Virus record (IMG/VR): IMGVR_UViG_3300013120_000738
Span: 1-64,000 of that record
DNA length: 64,000 nt
Direction: 5' to 3' (one strand)
Made by a program: the position numbers and the translations under genes. Shown here in pieces: positions 19,122 through 29,040 of the stretch. The notes below the pieces were generated by a model that was not told the origin of the DNA, made no database searches, and saw only the letters and a program-made list of their open reading frames with translations. Position 1 is the first letter of the stretch. Each line of letters opens with the position of its first letter.

Positions 19122-19744
19122 ATGCTTTCCCTATACTGACCACCGGTCTTGATTTGCTCCTCTGTTGGCATATCATCTTCAGGTCGCACTGCAATATCAG
19201 CAGTAAGGGTCTCAACCTGGCATGTATAATATAGCCAGATATAGCGAAAATTACCCGTAGGAGTACCATTAAGCACCCTAAAATTCCTTGGGTTGATCAT
19301 CGCTGCATTATATGGTAACTGAATCACATCACCACTACGAAGCATCCTATCTCCAAGTTTATCATAGATGCTCATATGGCTAAATGCTACTTCAGCAGTA
19401 TTCTTAGTATCTAAACCCCATTTCTCTAATTCCACTTGAATCGGTTCAGGCTTGAAAAAGGCCTTAATAGTAAATGCATTCCAATAAGTAGGATCTGGAT
19501 CTTCATCCCATACAGCATCATAATCAGCATTTTCAGTCCTGGTATAGACCTTAACCTCTGCACCACTTACGTTTATCATCTCCTCTGCCATCGTTCTAGC
19601 CAGTTTTACATCCCGGCTTTCTTCATCATGAATAGCAATAGGTGTATGATGCTGATCAATATCAGATCTAAAACTCTCCCAAGCAGAGCTAAATAAAGCA
19701 GGACTAACTTGACCGGTATCAATCGCAAATCTGTGTACGGACAT
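19118..19744 (-). CDS. Neck/head-closure protein (gp14-like)
   Basis: E.I...G..V..Y.R, KWGLD, GDVIQLPY. Confidence 0.7.
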   Translation of the reverse strand: MSVHRFAIDTGQVSPALFSSAWESFRSDIDQHHTPIAIHDEESRDVKLARTMAEEMINVSGAEVKVYTRTENADYDAVWDEDPDPTYWNAFTIKAFFKPEPIQVELEKWGLDTKNTAEVAFSHMSIYDKLGDRMLRSGDVIQLPYNAAMINPRNFRVLNGTPTGNFRYIWLYYTCQVETLTADIAVRPEDDMPTEEQIKTGGQYRESI

Positions 19745-19777
19745 ATCAATTCCTCTATAGTAGATTTGGAGAACGAG

Positions 19778-20077
19778 ATGGCCTTTTTACACTGTCACAA
19801 ATGCGGATGGGAACAAGATGACTTCTGGTCAGAGAATTATAATCCCATCAAATCACTACAAGACTGGATGAAAGATCTACTCACCAAAGACTTAGAAGAA
19901 GTATTTGGAACAGATGAATTTACTGGTTATACTGTAACATGGAGAGAATTACTCGCCAAAGAATGTGAAAAAGCAGCAAAAGCTATTCGAAATATGAAAT
20001 GGCGAACAGAGAAAGACTATAAAGAATCAGAAGACCAGACGTGTCCAAAGTGTGGTAGCCCACTAGATGTGGATTAG
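19778..20077 (+). CDS. Hypothetical Zn-binding protein, opposite strand within the structural operon
   Basis: CHKC and CPKC motifs, SD GGAG. Confidence 0.65.
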   Translation: MAFLHCHKCGWEQDDFWSENYNPIKSLQDWMKDLLTKDLEEVFGTDEFTGYTVTWRELLAKECEKAAKAIRNMKWRTEKDYKESEDQTCPKCGSPLDVD

Positions 20078-20583
20078 GTTCCACTAATACCCCATGGCGG
20101 AATAGGAGGTAGTACACCGACACCAGCCGGAAATTCACCCTCTTCTTTATAAGGACTACGAGGTGGGGCTTCTGTATCTTCAAAGTCTGGTGATGGGCAA
20201 TATCCCATCCCAATTATATCACATGAATCATAATCTTCCTCTACTGGCAATTCCTCACTAGCTAGATCCCTGAGCATTTGATAGTAATCTGGTTTGCTGG
20301 CACAAGGGCAATCAACGTCGACTGCAGGCAATACAAACCATTTCTGACGAATAGCCCCACGACCCCAGTTACTACCCCACTTTATCCATGAACCAGGAAT
20401 TGCGGCTAAGGCCTCCTCAAGATCAACAAGAGCACTACCGCAATTCTGTTGTGCTAACCAGCTTGAAAGTTTATTAGATGATAAGGCTGATGTAGGTTCA
20501 CACCCTGGCACGAGTATCTTGTTGGTGGGCAAGACCTCTAATTGTAGTGCGATATCTACAGGGTATCTAGTAGGCATTTTCAT
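20074..20583 (-). CDS. Hypothetical protein
   Basis: 169-aa ORF in the operon. Confidence 0.55.
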   Translation of the reverse strand: MKMPTRYPVDIALQLEVLPTNKILVPGCEPTSALSSNKLSSWLAQQNCGSALVDLEEALAAIPGSWIKWGSNWGRGAIRQKWFVLPAVDVDCPCASKPDYYQMLRDLASEELPVEEDYDSCDIIGMGYCPSPDFEDTEAPPRSPYKEEGEFPAGVGVLPPIPPWGISGT

Positions 20584-21419
20584 TCTTCCTCAAATATCTT
20601 TGTTGGGTCAACTGATGTTGTGCCAGTTAACACTATTGCAACAAAGCACATAGCTTCACAATATTGATATAAAGCTCTTAGTTTAGCCTGTACTCTATCA
20701 TCATTCAGCAACCTAGCAGCTTTCACTTCGACAATTAATATTTTATCAACTAATTTTATCATGAAATCAGGATAATAAATCCTTTTCTTTTCATCATGAA
20801 GATACTCGATCTTAATAGAATCTTTTGAAAAAGTTAGAACTCTATTATCGTTATCGAGGAATAATGCTACATCTTTTTCCCAACTGGAATGACACCAAAA
20901 AGCACCACCTTTTTTAGTTTCTAATCTACAACCACGTCTCCCCCGCATCCGTTTCTTACATGCTTGTTCAGAAGACATGTCAAAACCTTGAGATTCTTTA
21001 TATCTGCGAGCAGAGCACTCTAATCGTAATTTCTTAGATTTAGTTATAGCGAATTTTCTTAACCAATCACCAACACATTTAGAAGATACACCCAACTCAC
21101 TAGCAAGCTCGGTTCTAGATTTGTTTTGAATTATATAAGCATCGTACAGCCAATCTTTGTTGTTTAATTTACCAATCGCTTCTATTGATACAGAACGAAC
21201 AAATTTATCAAGATTAGATTTTTTAATATCACGCGGTCTGTAATTTATAGGTATATTGTGTCGTTTTAATGCAGAAACTACAGCCTTTTTACCACATCCT
21301 ACAAGAGCACCTATTTGTCTGGTAGAAAGAGCAGGATAATATCGCTCAAGCCAACTTTTATCTAATAAAAAATCTGCTGCTTCACCTAATTGTGCTTTAT
21401 AATTAGTAGGTATTTTCAT
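20580..21419 (-). CDS. TnsA/gp4-like PD-(D/E)XK endonuclease with N-terminal HTH repeats
   Basis: HSSWE, YYPDF, IVEVK; two HTH-like units (STRQIGALVGC, SRTELASELGVS). Confidence 0.75.
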   Translation of the reverse strand: MKIPTNYKAQLGEAADFLLDKSWLERYYPALSTRQIGALVGCGKKAVVSALKRHNIPINYRPRDIKKSNLDKFVRSVSIEAIGKLNNKDWLYDAYIIQNKSRTELASELGVSSKCVGDWLRKFAITKSKKLRLECSARRYKESQGFDMSSEQACKKRMRGRRGCRLETKKGGAFWCHSSWEKDVALFLDNDNRVLTFSKDSIKIEYLHDEKKRIYYPDFMIKLVDKILIVEVKAARLLNDDRVQAKLRALYQYCEAMCFVAIVLTGTTSVDPTKIFEEE

Positions 21420-22252
21420 ATAATATCTTTGATCAGAGAACCACCAAACATTAATATAGGCAATAATATATTCCAGATCAAAACCGGATATGGCTCTCCT
21501 AAATTAAGTGCTTTCTCTATAATTGTCTCTTTGACCGCATTTGCCTCTTGAACCAAATCGGAGCCATCATAATTAATAGAGCCCCCATCAGGTGTAGGCA
21601 TACCGGCAACCTTTCGTCTAGCCATCCCCACAGCATGTTTTACCTCAGCTTCCATCATCTCATAACAAATTGCTCTGGCCTGAGGACTCCGAAAATGATT
21701 GACTACCGGGATATACAGAATTACAACGGGGAATGCCCCCTTAGGTGTTGGGTAAAGCCTTATCAATTGATCTTTAGCATCGAGTGAATCACCCTCAACA
21801 TTCCCCTCTACCTCACCTATTACTTCCCAGTGTCCTTCCGTCCCAAGAACTTTTTGAGAGAACTTACGATACGACTGTAGTAAATGATAATCGGTAAGAA
21901 TATTCTGAATACCAGAAATATTACCAATATTAAACAAAAAGCTCTCAGCGCCGAAAACATCGTCTATTCTCGTCGTTACTGGATCCCAAGATACTTCCTG
22001 TACCCAATATGCGTCAGCCGGTAACGGATATGTGGACTGCAATGGAGTAGTCCAAAATAATGCTAATTTTTGTTCCCTCGGAAAATAACCAGAAATAAAA
22101 TCACCAGCAACCCGAAAAATCGTTTCCCATTGATCCTCAGTAATTTCTACTTCGGTTACGGGGAAGGCAAGCTTTGATAGGACATACTTTTTCATCGGCT
22201 CGCTTCGAACCTTCAAGACCGATGGTAGGTCTGCTGGTGCAAGTATGGCCAT
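21416..22252 (-). CDS. Neck/head-tail adaptor (gp13-like)
   Basis: KKYVLSKLAFPVTEVEITEDQ resembles the gp13 N-terminus; G..+NG..+..EA pattern at the C-terminus. Confidence 0.75.
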   Translation of the reverse strand: MAILAPADLPSVLKVRSEPMKKYVLSKLAFPVTEVEITEDQWETIFRVAGDFISGYFPREQKLALFWTTPLQSTYPLPADAYWVQEVSWDPVTTRIDDVFGAESFLFNIGNISGIQNILTDYHLLQSYRKFSQKVLGTEGHWEVIGEVEGNVEGDSLDAKDQLIRLYPTPKGAFPVVILYIPVVNHFRSPQARAICYEMMEAEVKHAVGMARRKVAGMPTPDGGSINYDGSDLVQEANAVKETIIEKALNLGEPYPVLIWNILLPILMFGGSLIKDII

Positions 22253-23334
22253 TATACCCTCATTAGACTCTCTTCAAGTTCTGTTTTCTTCCTGGCATAT
22301 CCTCGATATCCTCTGGCATGCTCATATATCTTCTTTAGTACGTCCCGCACACCTCTTATTTCTGACGATGGTATGTTGAATGAACGTGCTCCACCATGGG
22401 GAGCACTGCTTCCACCTTGTTTCTTTGCTACCTCTATGACATATTCAACAACATCATTACCCATAAGGTGTATATCTGTAACCAATGCGATCCCTTGCGT
22501 AGCATGTGCTACAACATCAACTGTATCTATAATCTCACCAATATGATCTAATGTTACATTTTCTACCTCAATTTTTTGTATTTGTGGCTGAATCCCACTA
22601 TACGAATAATCCTTCTCACCCAAACAAGCAATATGTATATCAGCCCCACCAGCTTCTTCCACTTCTTTAATCTTCGCAACTCTTGGTCTAGTCATACTGC
22701 CAGTAGCGGGTCGTTCCAATCTTAGCCAAGGACCATCATATGCTAGGGTCACACCTGTGATATATGAGTATCTCGTTCGGAACTTTCCACCATCAGTATT
22801 CAATAATTTCCCGAAAATATTAAACCCAAAATCACGTAATTCTTGGACTTTAGCAGCAAGTTCTTGATATTCAGGTCTTCTAAAAAATCTTACTAACCCC
22901 GCTAATGTCTCGGATGTTATAGCTTTTTCATATTCATAGCTAACTAGTTTACCATTAGGTTGTACAAATTGAAATCGATCTGTAAGGGCTTGGAAGAATC
23001 TTGGGAATCTAGTTTCAACACGCTTACATAATTCTTTTATCTTATCAATCGATGACCTATATCGTGCTGCTTCCAAATCGGATTCTTGTTGTCTTCTTCT
23101 GTCTGCTTCGATCTGAGTTGCTGTTCTGCCATAATTTCTTAAACTATCAAGAGCATAACGCATTTTTTGAAGATAATGAGAACCAGCACAAACTCCACCA
23201 GGTAACGTACCGAAATCAGCTTCTCGATAGTCCTCTAGCTGATCGATGATATCATCGAGCATTCGTTTTTCCTCGTCGCTAAACTGAGCTTCGAGGATTA
23301 AATTCAATTGATGCTCAAACGGTAGCCGTAGCAT
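22252..23334 (-). CDS. Hypothetical protein (possible capsid-internal)
   Basis: 360-aa ORF; N-terminus ends in LILE. Confidence 0.65.
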   Translation of the reverse strand: MLRLPFEHQLNLILEAQFSDEEKRMLDDIIDQLEDYREADFGTLPGGVCAGSHYLQKMRYALDSLRNYGRTATQIEADRRRQQESDLEAARYRSSIDKIKELCKRVETRFPRFFQALTDRFQFVQPNGKLVSYEYEKAITSETLAGLVRFFRRPEYQELAAKVQELRDFGFNIFGKLLNTDGGKFRTRYSYITGVTLAYDGPWLRLERPATGSMTRPRVAKIKEVEEAGGADIHIACLGEKDYSYSGIQPQIQKIEVENVTLDHIGEIIDTVDVVAHATQGIALVTDIHLMGNDVVEYVIEVAKKQGGSSAPHGGARSFNIPSSEIRGVRDVLKKIYEHARGYRGYARKKTELEESLMRV

Positions 23335-25288
23335 CTTCCAACCTCTGTAATCTTGCTAATTTCCGGTCGATAAGCTTCTTAACACCACGTGACTTAGTCA
23401 TGATTCTAAGTTCTCGTAGTTCAGCTGGATCATCGATCTCCAGTACTTCAGCTGTGTCAGCGGCTAGCTTAGCAGAAGTTCCCTTCAAAGTCGGATAAGT
23501 TATTTCTCCTTCTTTAGCCGTTATCTCTCTTATTCCAGCCATCATGTGTTTCAGCTTTGCATTAATAGATTTATTACCTATTCTATATAATTGAGACAGA
23601 TTCTCAAATTCAGTGCTGTAAACTATTGCATCAGCCACTGCGGATTCTATACTAAAATCTGGCGGCAAAAGACTTAGTATAGCAACCTTACTCTCAAAAT
23701 CTCCTTCAACAAGTTCACCTGTAAGCGAAGTAAGTATTAAATTAATCGTATTACTCCCAGCCTCGCTCTCAACAGCGGATCGCAATAACCTTGTCATATG
23801 ATCCAACGGGACATTCCCAAACATTACTGGAGCAATATCATTACTTAATGCGCCCTTTGCCATCATTTCATCGACTATATCTGCGAATCTATCATGCCTA
23901 CCAGGGAATGCCCCAATAGCGTGTTTATAATTTCTAAAAGCTGCGGCAAGATCCTCTACATCGATCTTCGATATATCGTCTATAAAGTCCTCAGGATGGT
24001 ATGCTGCATGTATAGTCAATAGGGCTGTACGCGGCAATTTACCTTCTTCAGCAAGTTGCAATGCTTTTTCCTCCGATATCTTGCGATATTTTATAGCCAA
24101 AGTAACAAATTCACCAGCGTCCCAGAGCCACCAGGCTCCTTGTTTTCCATAGTAATGGCCTTGTTGTTGTTTGGCGGCAGGATTATTATGTAAAAGAGCA
24201 AGTACCGTATCTTCGGTTAATCTCTTTACAATTTTCTCATCAGCATGCCTCATACCTTGTTTACTGATAATAGCATTCAAGTTCTCATCATTGAGCTTAC
24301 CAAGCAAATGAGCATTTTCTGTAATATCACCTTGGTATGATGTTATAAAATCATCTAATGGTATCTCAAGACGCCAGAAATCGGAATGATTGGTTATCTC
24401 TATTCCCTTCTTACGTATAAGAGTCCTAACAAAATCCATTATAGGTTCATGATATTTCTCAATTGGTGCTCTATTCTGCTTACCTTTAATTTCATTAACT
24501 GCCCACTTGCCAGAACCGGCATTTTTTGTGATTGACATACTAACATGCGGATTATTATATCTATTCCGCATGCTAAATATCTTAGTAGTATCACCTGGAT
24601 TACAGTACTTGCCGATGCAATTCTGCATCTTCACACCCTCGATGCGTGCATCGTCTTTTTTAACTGATATCCAGAAGAATGGACCAGATTTATGCACCGC
24701 TTGTTCAGGTCCTCGTACGTATTCCCCTCCTACTTTCTGATTAGCAAATTGTTGTTCATGCCATTGATGGGATGCCGCCTGCACATCCTGTAATGACATC
24801 TCTTTTAATTGATCGTCGGTAAGGCCTTCACCCTCAATATAATGAAACAATCCCTCATCAAATACTGCGTCAGGATCCTCTTTCTGGATCCTCATAATCC
24901 ATTGCCAGTACTTGGGGTGTACTTCCTTCGCTCTCCTCACCTCAGCAGCATACTTCAATTCTGCTTCGCTCTTCTCCCTCTTCTTAAAGGGATCTAGTTC
25001 TGCTACAGCTGCTAGAGAGTCTTGGTCAATCTTGTCGATGACACCTTGATTCAGACCTAGAACGAGTTTCTCAGCGTTCTTTCTATCCAGATCGATAGCT
25101 TGTTGGATAAGATCGGTATCCACCTCTGGATACTTTTTACTCAAATAATCAATCTGATCTTCAAGGAGTAATGTATCAAAGAAATGTTGGTCAAAGCCTT
25201 CAAACGGCAGTAAATTTATACCTTTTGGTTTTGATCTATTAATCTCACACAATTTATGACTTGATGATCTATACACATCATTTCTCAC
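23315..25288 (-). CDS. PcfJ-like domain protein
   Basis: EGVKMQNCIG.Y...IFSMR...PHVSMSI...EIKGKQNRAP. Confidence 0.7.
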   Translation of the reverse strand: MRNDVYRSSSHKLCEINRSKPKGINLLPFEGFDQHFFDTLLLEDQIDYLSKKYPEVDTDLIQQAIDLDRKNAEKLVLGLNQGVIDKIDQDSLAAVAELDPFKKREKSEAELKYAAEVRRAKEVHPKYWQWIMRIQKEDPDAVFDEGLFHYIEGEGLTDDQLKEMSLQDVQAASHQWHEQQFANQKVGGEYVRGPEQAVHKSGPFFWISVKKDDARIEGVKMQNCIGKYCNPGDTTKIFSMRNRYNNPHVSMSITKNAGSGKWAVNEIKGKQNRAPIEKYHEPIMDFVRTLIRKKGIEITNHSDFWRLEIPLDDFITSYQGDITENAHLLGKLNDENLNAIISKQGMRHADEKIVKRLTEDTVLALLHNNPAAKQQQGHYYGKQGAWWLWDAGEFVTLAIKYRKISEEKALQLAEEGKLPRTALLTIHAAYHPEDFIDDISKIDVEDLAAAFRNYKHAIGAFPGRHDRFADIVDEMMAKGALSNDIAPVMFGNVPLDHMTRLLRSAVESEAGSNTINLILTSLTGELVEGDFESKVAILSLLPPDFSIESAVADAIVYSTEFENLSQLYRIGNKSINAKLKHMMAGIREITAKEGEITYPTLKGTSAKLAADTAEVLEIDDPAELRELRIMTKSRGVKKLIDRKLARLQRLEDATATV

Positions 25289-25451
25289 GTCTTAATCGTC
25301 GTAATTCTGCAACCAAGCCTTCTTCGTCAGTTACTCCGACGTTCTCGACCTCATTCAAAACATCAAGAACTTCTTGTGGCGTTAATTCCTGTCCGTGTTT
25401 CTCTGCGATATACTGTCTGATGTATTGGAGATCCTCTTTAGCAATTTCCAT
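25278..25451 (-). CDS. 57-aa hypothetical protein (below ORF-track cutoff)
   Basis: Hand translation MEIAKEDLQYIRQYIAEKHG...LRREK fills the gap in the operon. Confidence 0.65.
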   Translation of the reverse strand: MEIAKEDLQYIRQYIAEKHGQELTPQEVLDVLNEVENVGVTDEEGLVAELRRLRREK

Positions 25452-25458
25452 AACGTAC

Positions 25459-26010
25459 CTAGGTCTTGGACATGTGATAACCTTTGTCGCCGTATACCAC
25501 CCCAGCGACTTCTAACCTGAAGATACGATACGTAACGCCAGATGGTAGACCAGCATCGAGTGCATCTTCCAGGAGAGTCTTAATTACAGATTCTTCATAC
25601 CGATTCTCACTCGATGGATTCTGCAAATGGGCAGCCGCCCCTCCAGCACCAGTCCGTATTTCACCACCATGGAATACGGTCTTATCTGGGTGCTGCTGAT
25701 TGTTATCCAAACCAGACTCGAAGAATCCTGTTATCATCAATTGCGCAGGATTTTGACCAATACGTGGCTTGACGGACATACCATGGCGGTATCCACTCCA
25801 GCTACCACCACTTTGACCGCCACGGAGATGACCTTGGCCACCTCCAGGAGTTGCTAATTGAAAGCTGCTTTCGGTAGCAATCGCATCATACGCTAATGCA
25901 CCGATTTTTTGCATATCTCGCCACATTTCCATTCTCTTGGATTTCAGGAGTCCTGAACCCCATTGTGGCTCAATTCGAATGTGTACAGTAAATGGTGTCC
26001 ACCTGGCCAT
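25459..26010 (-). CDS. Hypothetical (probable virion) protein
   Basis: SD GGAGG; preceded by a CAAAAATA motif. Confidence 0.65.
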   Translation of the reverse strand: MARWTPFTVHIRIEPQWGSGLLKSKRMEMWRDMQKIGALAYDAIATESSFQLATPGGGQGHLRGGQSGGSWSGYRHGMSVKPRIGQNPAQLMITGFFESGLDNNQQHPDKTVFHGGEIRTGAGGAAAHLQNPSSENRYEESVIKTLLEDALDAGLPSGVTYRIFRLEVAGVVYGDKGYHMSKT

Positions 26011-26051
26011 GATAAGTATCCTCCATTAATATTTTTGTATGAAGAAAAAAC

Positions 26052-26450
26052 ATGATTAATATCATAATCATCTACGATGAAGAATTGGAAAGCATCAAGG
26101 TGAGCGGTGGTGCACAGCCATCAGATTATAGAGGAAGCCTCAAGGATTGGTTGGATATACATGCATTAAAAATATCTCAATTACAAAAAGACGGAACATG
26201 GGATATTAGAATTCCCAAGAATATATGGCGCACCCATATCGAGGGTAATAAAAATTTACTAGATATCTTCGAAATAATTGCAGAGATATGTGCGACAGAT
26301 ATACAAAACCCTAATCCAAAATCACCGGCATGCATCTGCCCAATAGAATGTGATTGTGCTGATCCAGACAACGGATTATTCAGCGAGCACTGCCCAATCC
26401 ATAATGAAAAGCCTATGCCAGATCCAGATTGTCCGTATCACCAGATCTAA
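26052..26450 (+). CDS. Hypothetical protein with Cys/His-rich C-terminus
   Basis: CICPIECDC...HCPIH...CPYH. Confidence 0.55.
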   Translation: MINIIIIYDEELESIKVSGGAQPSDYRGSLKDWLDIHALKISQLQKDGTWDIRIPKNIWRTHIEGNKNLLDIFEIIAEICATDIQNPNPKSPACICPIECDCADPDNGLFSEHCPIHNEKPMPDPDCPYHQI

Positions 26451-27079
26451 GTAATTACTATTCTATCTGCCTCTACAGACTTTATATTGTGCCGCCACGG
26501 ATGCTTGCTGTGAGGATCCGGGTCATACACGAAATTACTATTTACAACCCTAAATGCATCCTCATATACAAATGTAATATTCCTTACTGGCCACGGTAAA
26601 ACACCAAATCCTATTTCATATCCTATTAGATGTACTATCTTAATAGTACTGCCTTGCTCCATGGCAGTGCGACGTCTGTAAAAGAATCGCATTCCAGGCA
26701 CTAAGTCTTGATGGAATAGGACTCTACCAGCTTTCGTAGTCAGTGAGAATCCTCTCAAATTCTCTCTGCTTACTAATTCACAGGAACGACTATTTCCTTC
26801 TTCATCATATTGTTTAAAGGTTGAACCATCAGCGTAATGAGCTATCCATCTTATTTTATCGCTTGGTGTCATATTCACGGCATCCGGTTTAGGACTGGGT
26901 GAGAATGTATGGATGCCTTGTTTATCAAAGTTCAGGTTCATTGGATGTGTTTCACCCAATTCTGCTGCTTCATTTATTTCTAAGCATTTAGGCTCACCGT
27001 CGCTATCTCCTTCTTTCACTTGTTCAGCACTGAATGGTAATTCGGCTGTCCACCTATCGATTTTTACTTGGCGTGGCAT
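26447..27079 (-). CDS. Hypothetical protein
   Basis: 210-aa ORF, SD GGGAG. Confidence 0.65.
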   Translation of the reverse strand: MPRQVKIDRWTAELPFSAEQVKEGDSDGEPKCLEINEAAELGETHPMNLNFDKQGIHTFSPSPKPDAVNMTPSDKIRWIAHYADGSTFKQYDEEGNSRSCELVSRENLRGFSLTTKAGRVLFHQDLVPGMRFFYRRRTAMEQGSTIKIVHLIGYEIGFGVLPWPVRNITFVYEDAFRVVNSNFVYDPDPHSKHPWRHNIKSVEADRIVIT

Positions 27080-27104
27080 AATTTATCTCCCGATTTATAT
27101 ACAG

Positions 27105-27136
27105 CGACCCCAGAAAGGACGTACTTTCTGGGGTCG
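27105..27136. terminator. Perfect 13-bp hairpin (terminator or processing site)
   Basis: CGACCCCAGAAAG-gacgta-CTTTCTGGGGTCG. Confidence 0.65.
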
Positions 27137-27143
27137 TAATATT

Positions 27144-27467
27144 TTAGATGTCGACTTCTACTTCGATTTCGTCGACGTCTTTTGTCCTATTTTCGAGGTT
27201 TTTCTTCGTCGCCTCGAGTTCTTCTTCGTAGGATGCCACTTGTTTCTTATTCATCAAGTTCTTTGCACGCACCCATAGACAATTCTTGGATTTGGCACGG
27301 CCGCCACAGTCATGGGAGCCCACACCATCTTTCTCGAATTCCACACCTACTTGGCATACGGGATTATCCGTTAAAGCAATTATTGTTGCTTTCTGGGGTG
27401 GCATAAGTGCCCTAGCGAATCTAGGGATCATCACCCAACATTTGGTACCCTTTTTTATTTTAGCCAT
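27144..27467 (-). CDS. Small SH3/KOW-like hypothetical protein
   Basis: IKKGTKC.V...VGVEF...HDC.G...LWV. Confidence 0.6.
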   Translation of the reverse strand: MAKIKKGTKCWVMIPRFARALMPPQKATIIALTDNPVCQVGVEFEKDGVGSHDCGGRAKSKNCLWVRAKNLMNKKQVASYEEELEATKKNLENRTKDVDEIEVEVDI

Positions 27468-27485
27468 CGTCAGTCTCCAATATGG

Positions 27486-28076
27486 CTATGTTTCATCATA
27501 AAGCCAAGTGAATGTTTCTTTGTTCGTCGTACCTGCCGATGCACCAGGGTTGTTTACCTCGAATTGGTATACAACAAAGTCTCCAAAATCGCCGGTGCTG
27601 GTCTGAGAGCCATCAACACTTAGTGGACTACCACTGGTATGTGTAAATGCTGTGACTGGGTTCGTTAGCAAGGCTGCATAATTACCCTTACTCAGTAGCG
27701 TACCACTAGTACCGGTCGTTCCAGTAGCCTGAACATATGGTGTGGCATGATCTTTGTCAGCTCTAGCAACCTTACAATAAATCGCATTGGGGTCACCGCC
27801 TGGGTCAAGACTATTGGTTCCGTCAGTATACCATCGCAGGTTATTAATAGTACCAGTCGGTGCTACAGAAGCAGATAACCTGGTACAACACCAAAAACTA
27901 CGATTCGTACCAGCAACAGTTGGGATCTTGATCGGATTTGAACTTCCAGCAGCTGTTGTCTGATGCGAGTCGCTGGCATTTACGACGGTATTCCCAGCAC
28001 CGGCAGCATCGATAGTCGTCTTTGTCGGCCCACCAGCTACTCCGGTCCACCGTTTTATTGCAACAGTTGCAGTCAT
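27486..28076 (-). CDS. Putative virion structural protein
   Basis: Thr/Gly/Ala-rich beta protein ending F.W.YDE; SD GGAG. Confidence 0.6.
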   Translation of the reverse strand: MTATVAIKRWTGVAGGPTKTTIDAAGAGNTVVNASDSHQTTAAGSSNPIKIPTVAGTNRSFWCCTRLSASVAPTGTINNLRWYTDGTNSLDPGGDPNAIYCKVARADKDHATPYVQATGTTGTSGTLLSKGNYAALLTNPVTAFTHTSGSPLSVDGSQTSTGDFGDFVVYQFEVNNPGASAGTTNKETFTWLYDET

Positions 28077-28162
28077 TTGTATTCTCCAATACTGCTTTAG
28101 TATTCAAATTATCTTTGCCACGATTAAAATAGCAGCAAATCTAATGATAAGGAACATAAATT

Positions 28163-28630
28163 ATGTCTCTAAAACTATCAACAGCCGCCAGAAACGCAGT
28201 ATGTGATGCTGTAACAGCCAAATTAACTGCCGGTAGTTTTGGGCCATATCCAGGAGCTGTCATAACTGTTTATACCGGAACTAGACCAGCCAGCCCAGAT
28301 AATTCTCCAGCTGGTGGTACAGTTGGTGTAGCTAGCTTTGCCCTAGGTAATAGTCCAGGATTTGACCCAGCAGTAGGTGGTGTTGCACAAAGTAATGATC
28401 CATCCTATGGTCCTCCTTATGAGGACGAAAACTCACAATCGGGGACAGCAGTATGGTTTAGGATGACTAATAGAGAAACTGCATTAGGAGTGGCCTTAAT
28501 AGATGGTAGTGTAGGTGTTCTAGGTAGCGGAGCAGATCTAGAATTTGATAGTATAGTATTTAATGGAAGCATTGGTGCTCCAACCCGAAGTACTCTTACC
28601 AGTTTCTTTATTAGCGTTTATGCACCATGA
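28163..28630 (+). CDS. Putative minor structural protein (paralogue A)
   Basis: +YTGTRPASPDN.P...GT..WFR...DG..G..GSGAD.EF. Confidence 0.65.
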   Translation: MSLKLSTAARNAVCDAVTAKLTAGSFGPYPGAVITVYTGTRPASPDNSPAGGTVGVASFALGNSPGFDPAVGGVAQSNDPSYGPPYEDENSQSGTAVWFRMTNRETALGVALIDGSVGVLGSGADLEFDSIVFNGSIGAPTRSTLTSFFISVYAP

Positions 28631-29040
28631 CAACAACCGTCGCTGAAGCACTGAAAAACATAATGATCGATACCTTGGTCGATCTAGTTGACCAAGGTAC
28701 TATATCTGTCGTAGGCGGACATATTAAATTCTATACAGGAACAAGACCGGCAAGTCCAGATAATGCACCAACAGGTACATTCCTAGCTCAAAAACAATTA
28801 GTAAACCCAGCATTCCAAGATGCTTCTGGTGGCTCATCAACAGCCAACGCTATAGGATCATTTGCAACATGGGCCACAGGAACAGTAACGTGGTTTAGGA
28901 TAGTAGATCGCGACGATAATGCTATCATGGATGGTACATGTGGGATAACAGGTAGCGGTGCAGATATAGAATTCAACACAGTAGATTGGACTTTTCCAGG
29001 CACTGTCGAAATCACCAGTTTAAGAATTTATCACCCATAA
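28627..29040 (+). CDS. Putative minor structural protein (paralogue B)
   Basis: Same motif set as 28163-28630. Confidence 0.65.
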   Translation: MTTTVAEALKNIMIDTLVDLVDQGTISVVGGHIKFYTGTRPASPDNAPTGTFLAQKQLVNPAFQDASGGSSTANAIGSFATWATGTVTWFRIVDRDDNAIMDGTCGITGSGADIEFNTVDWTFPGTVEITSLRIYHP

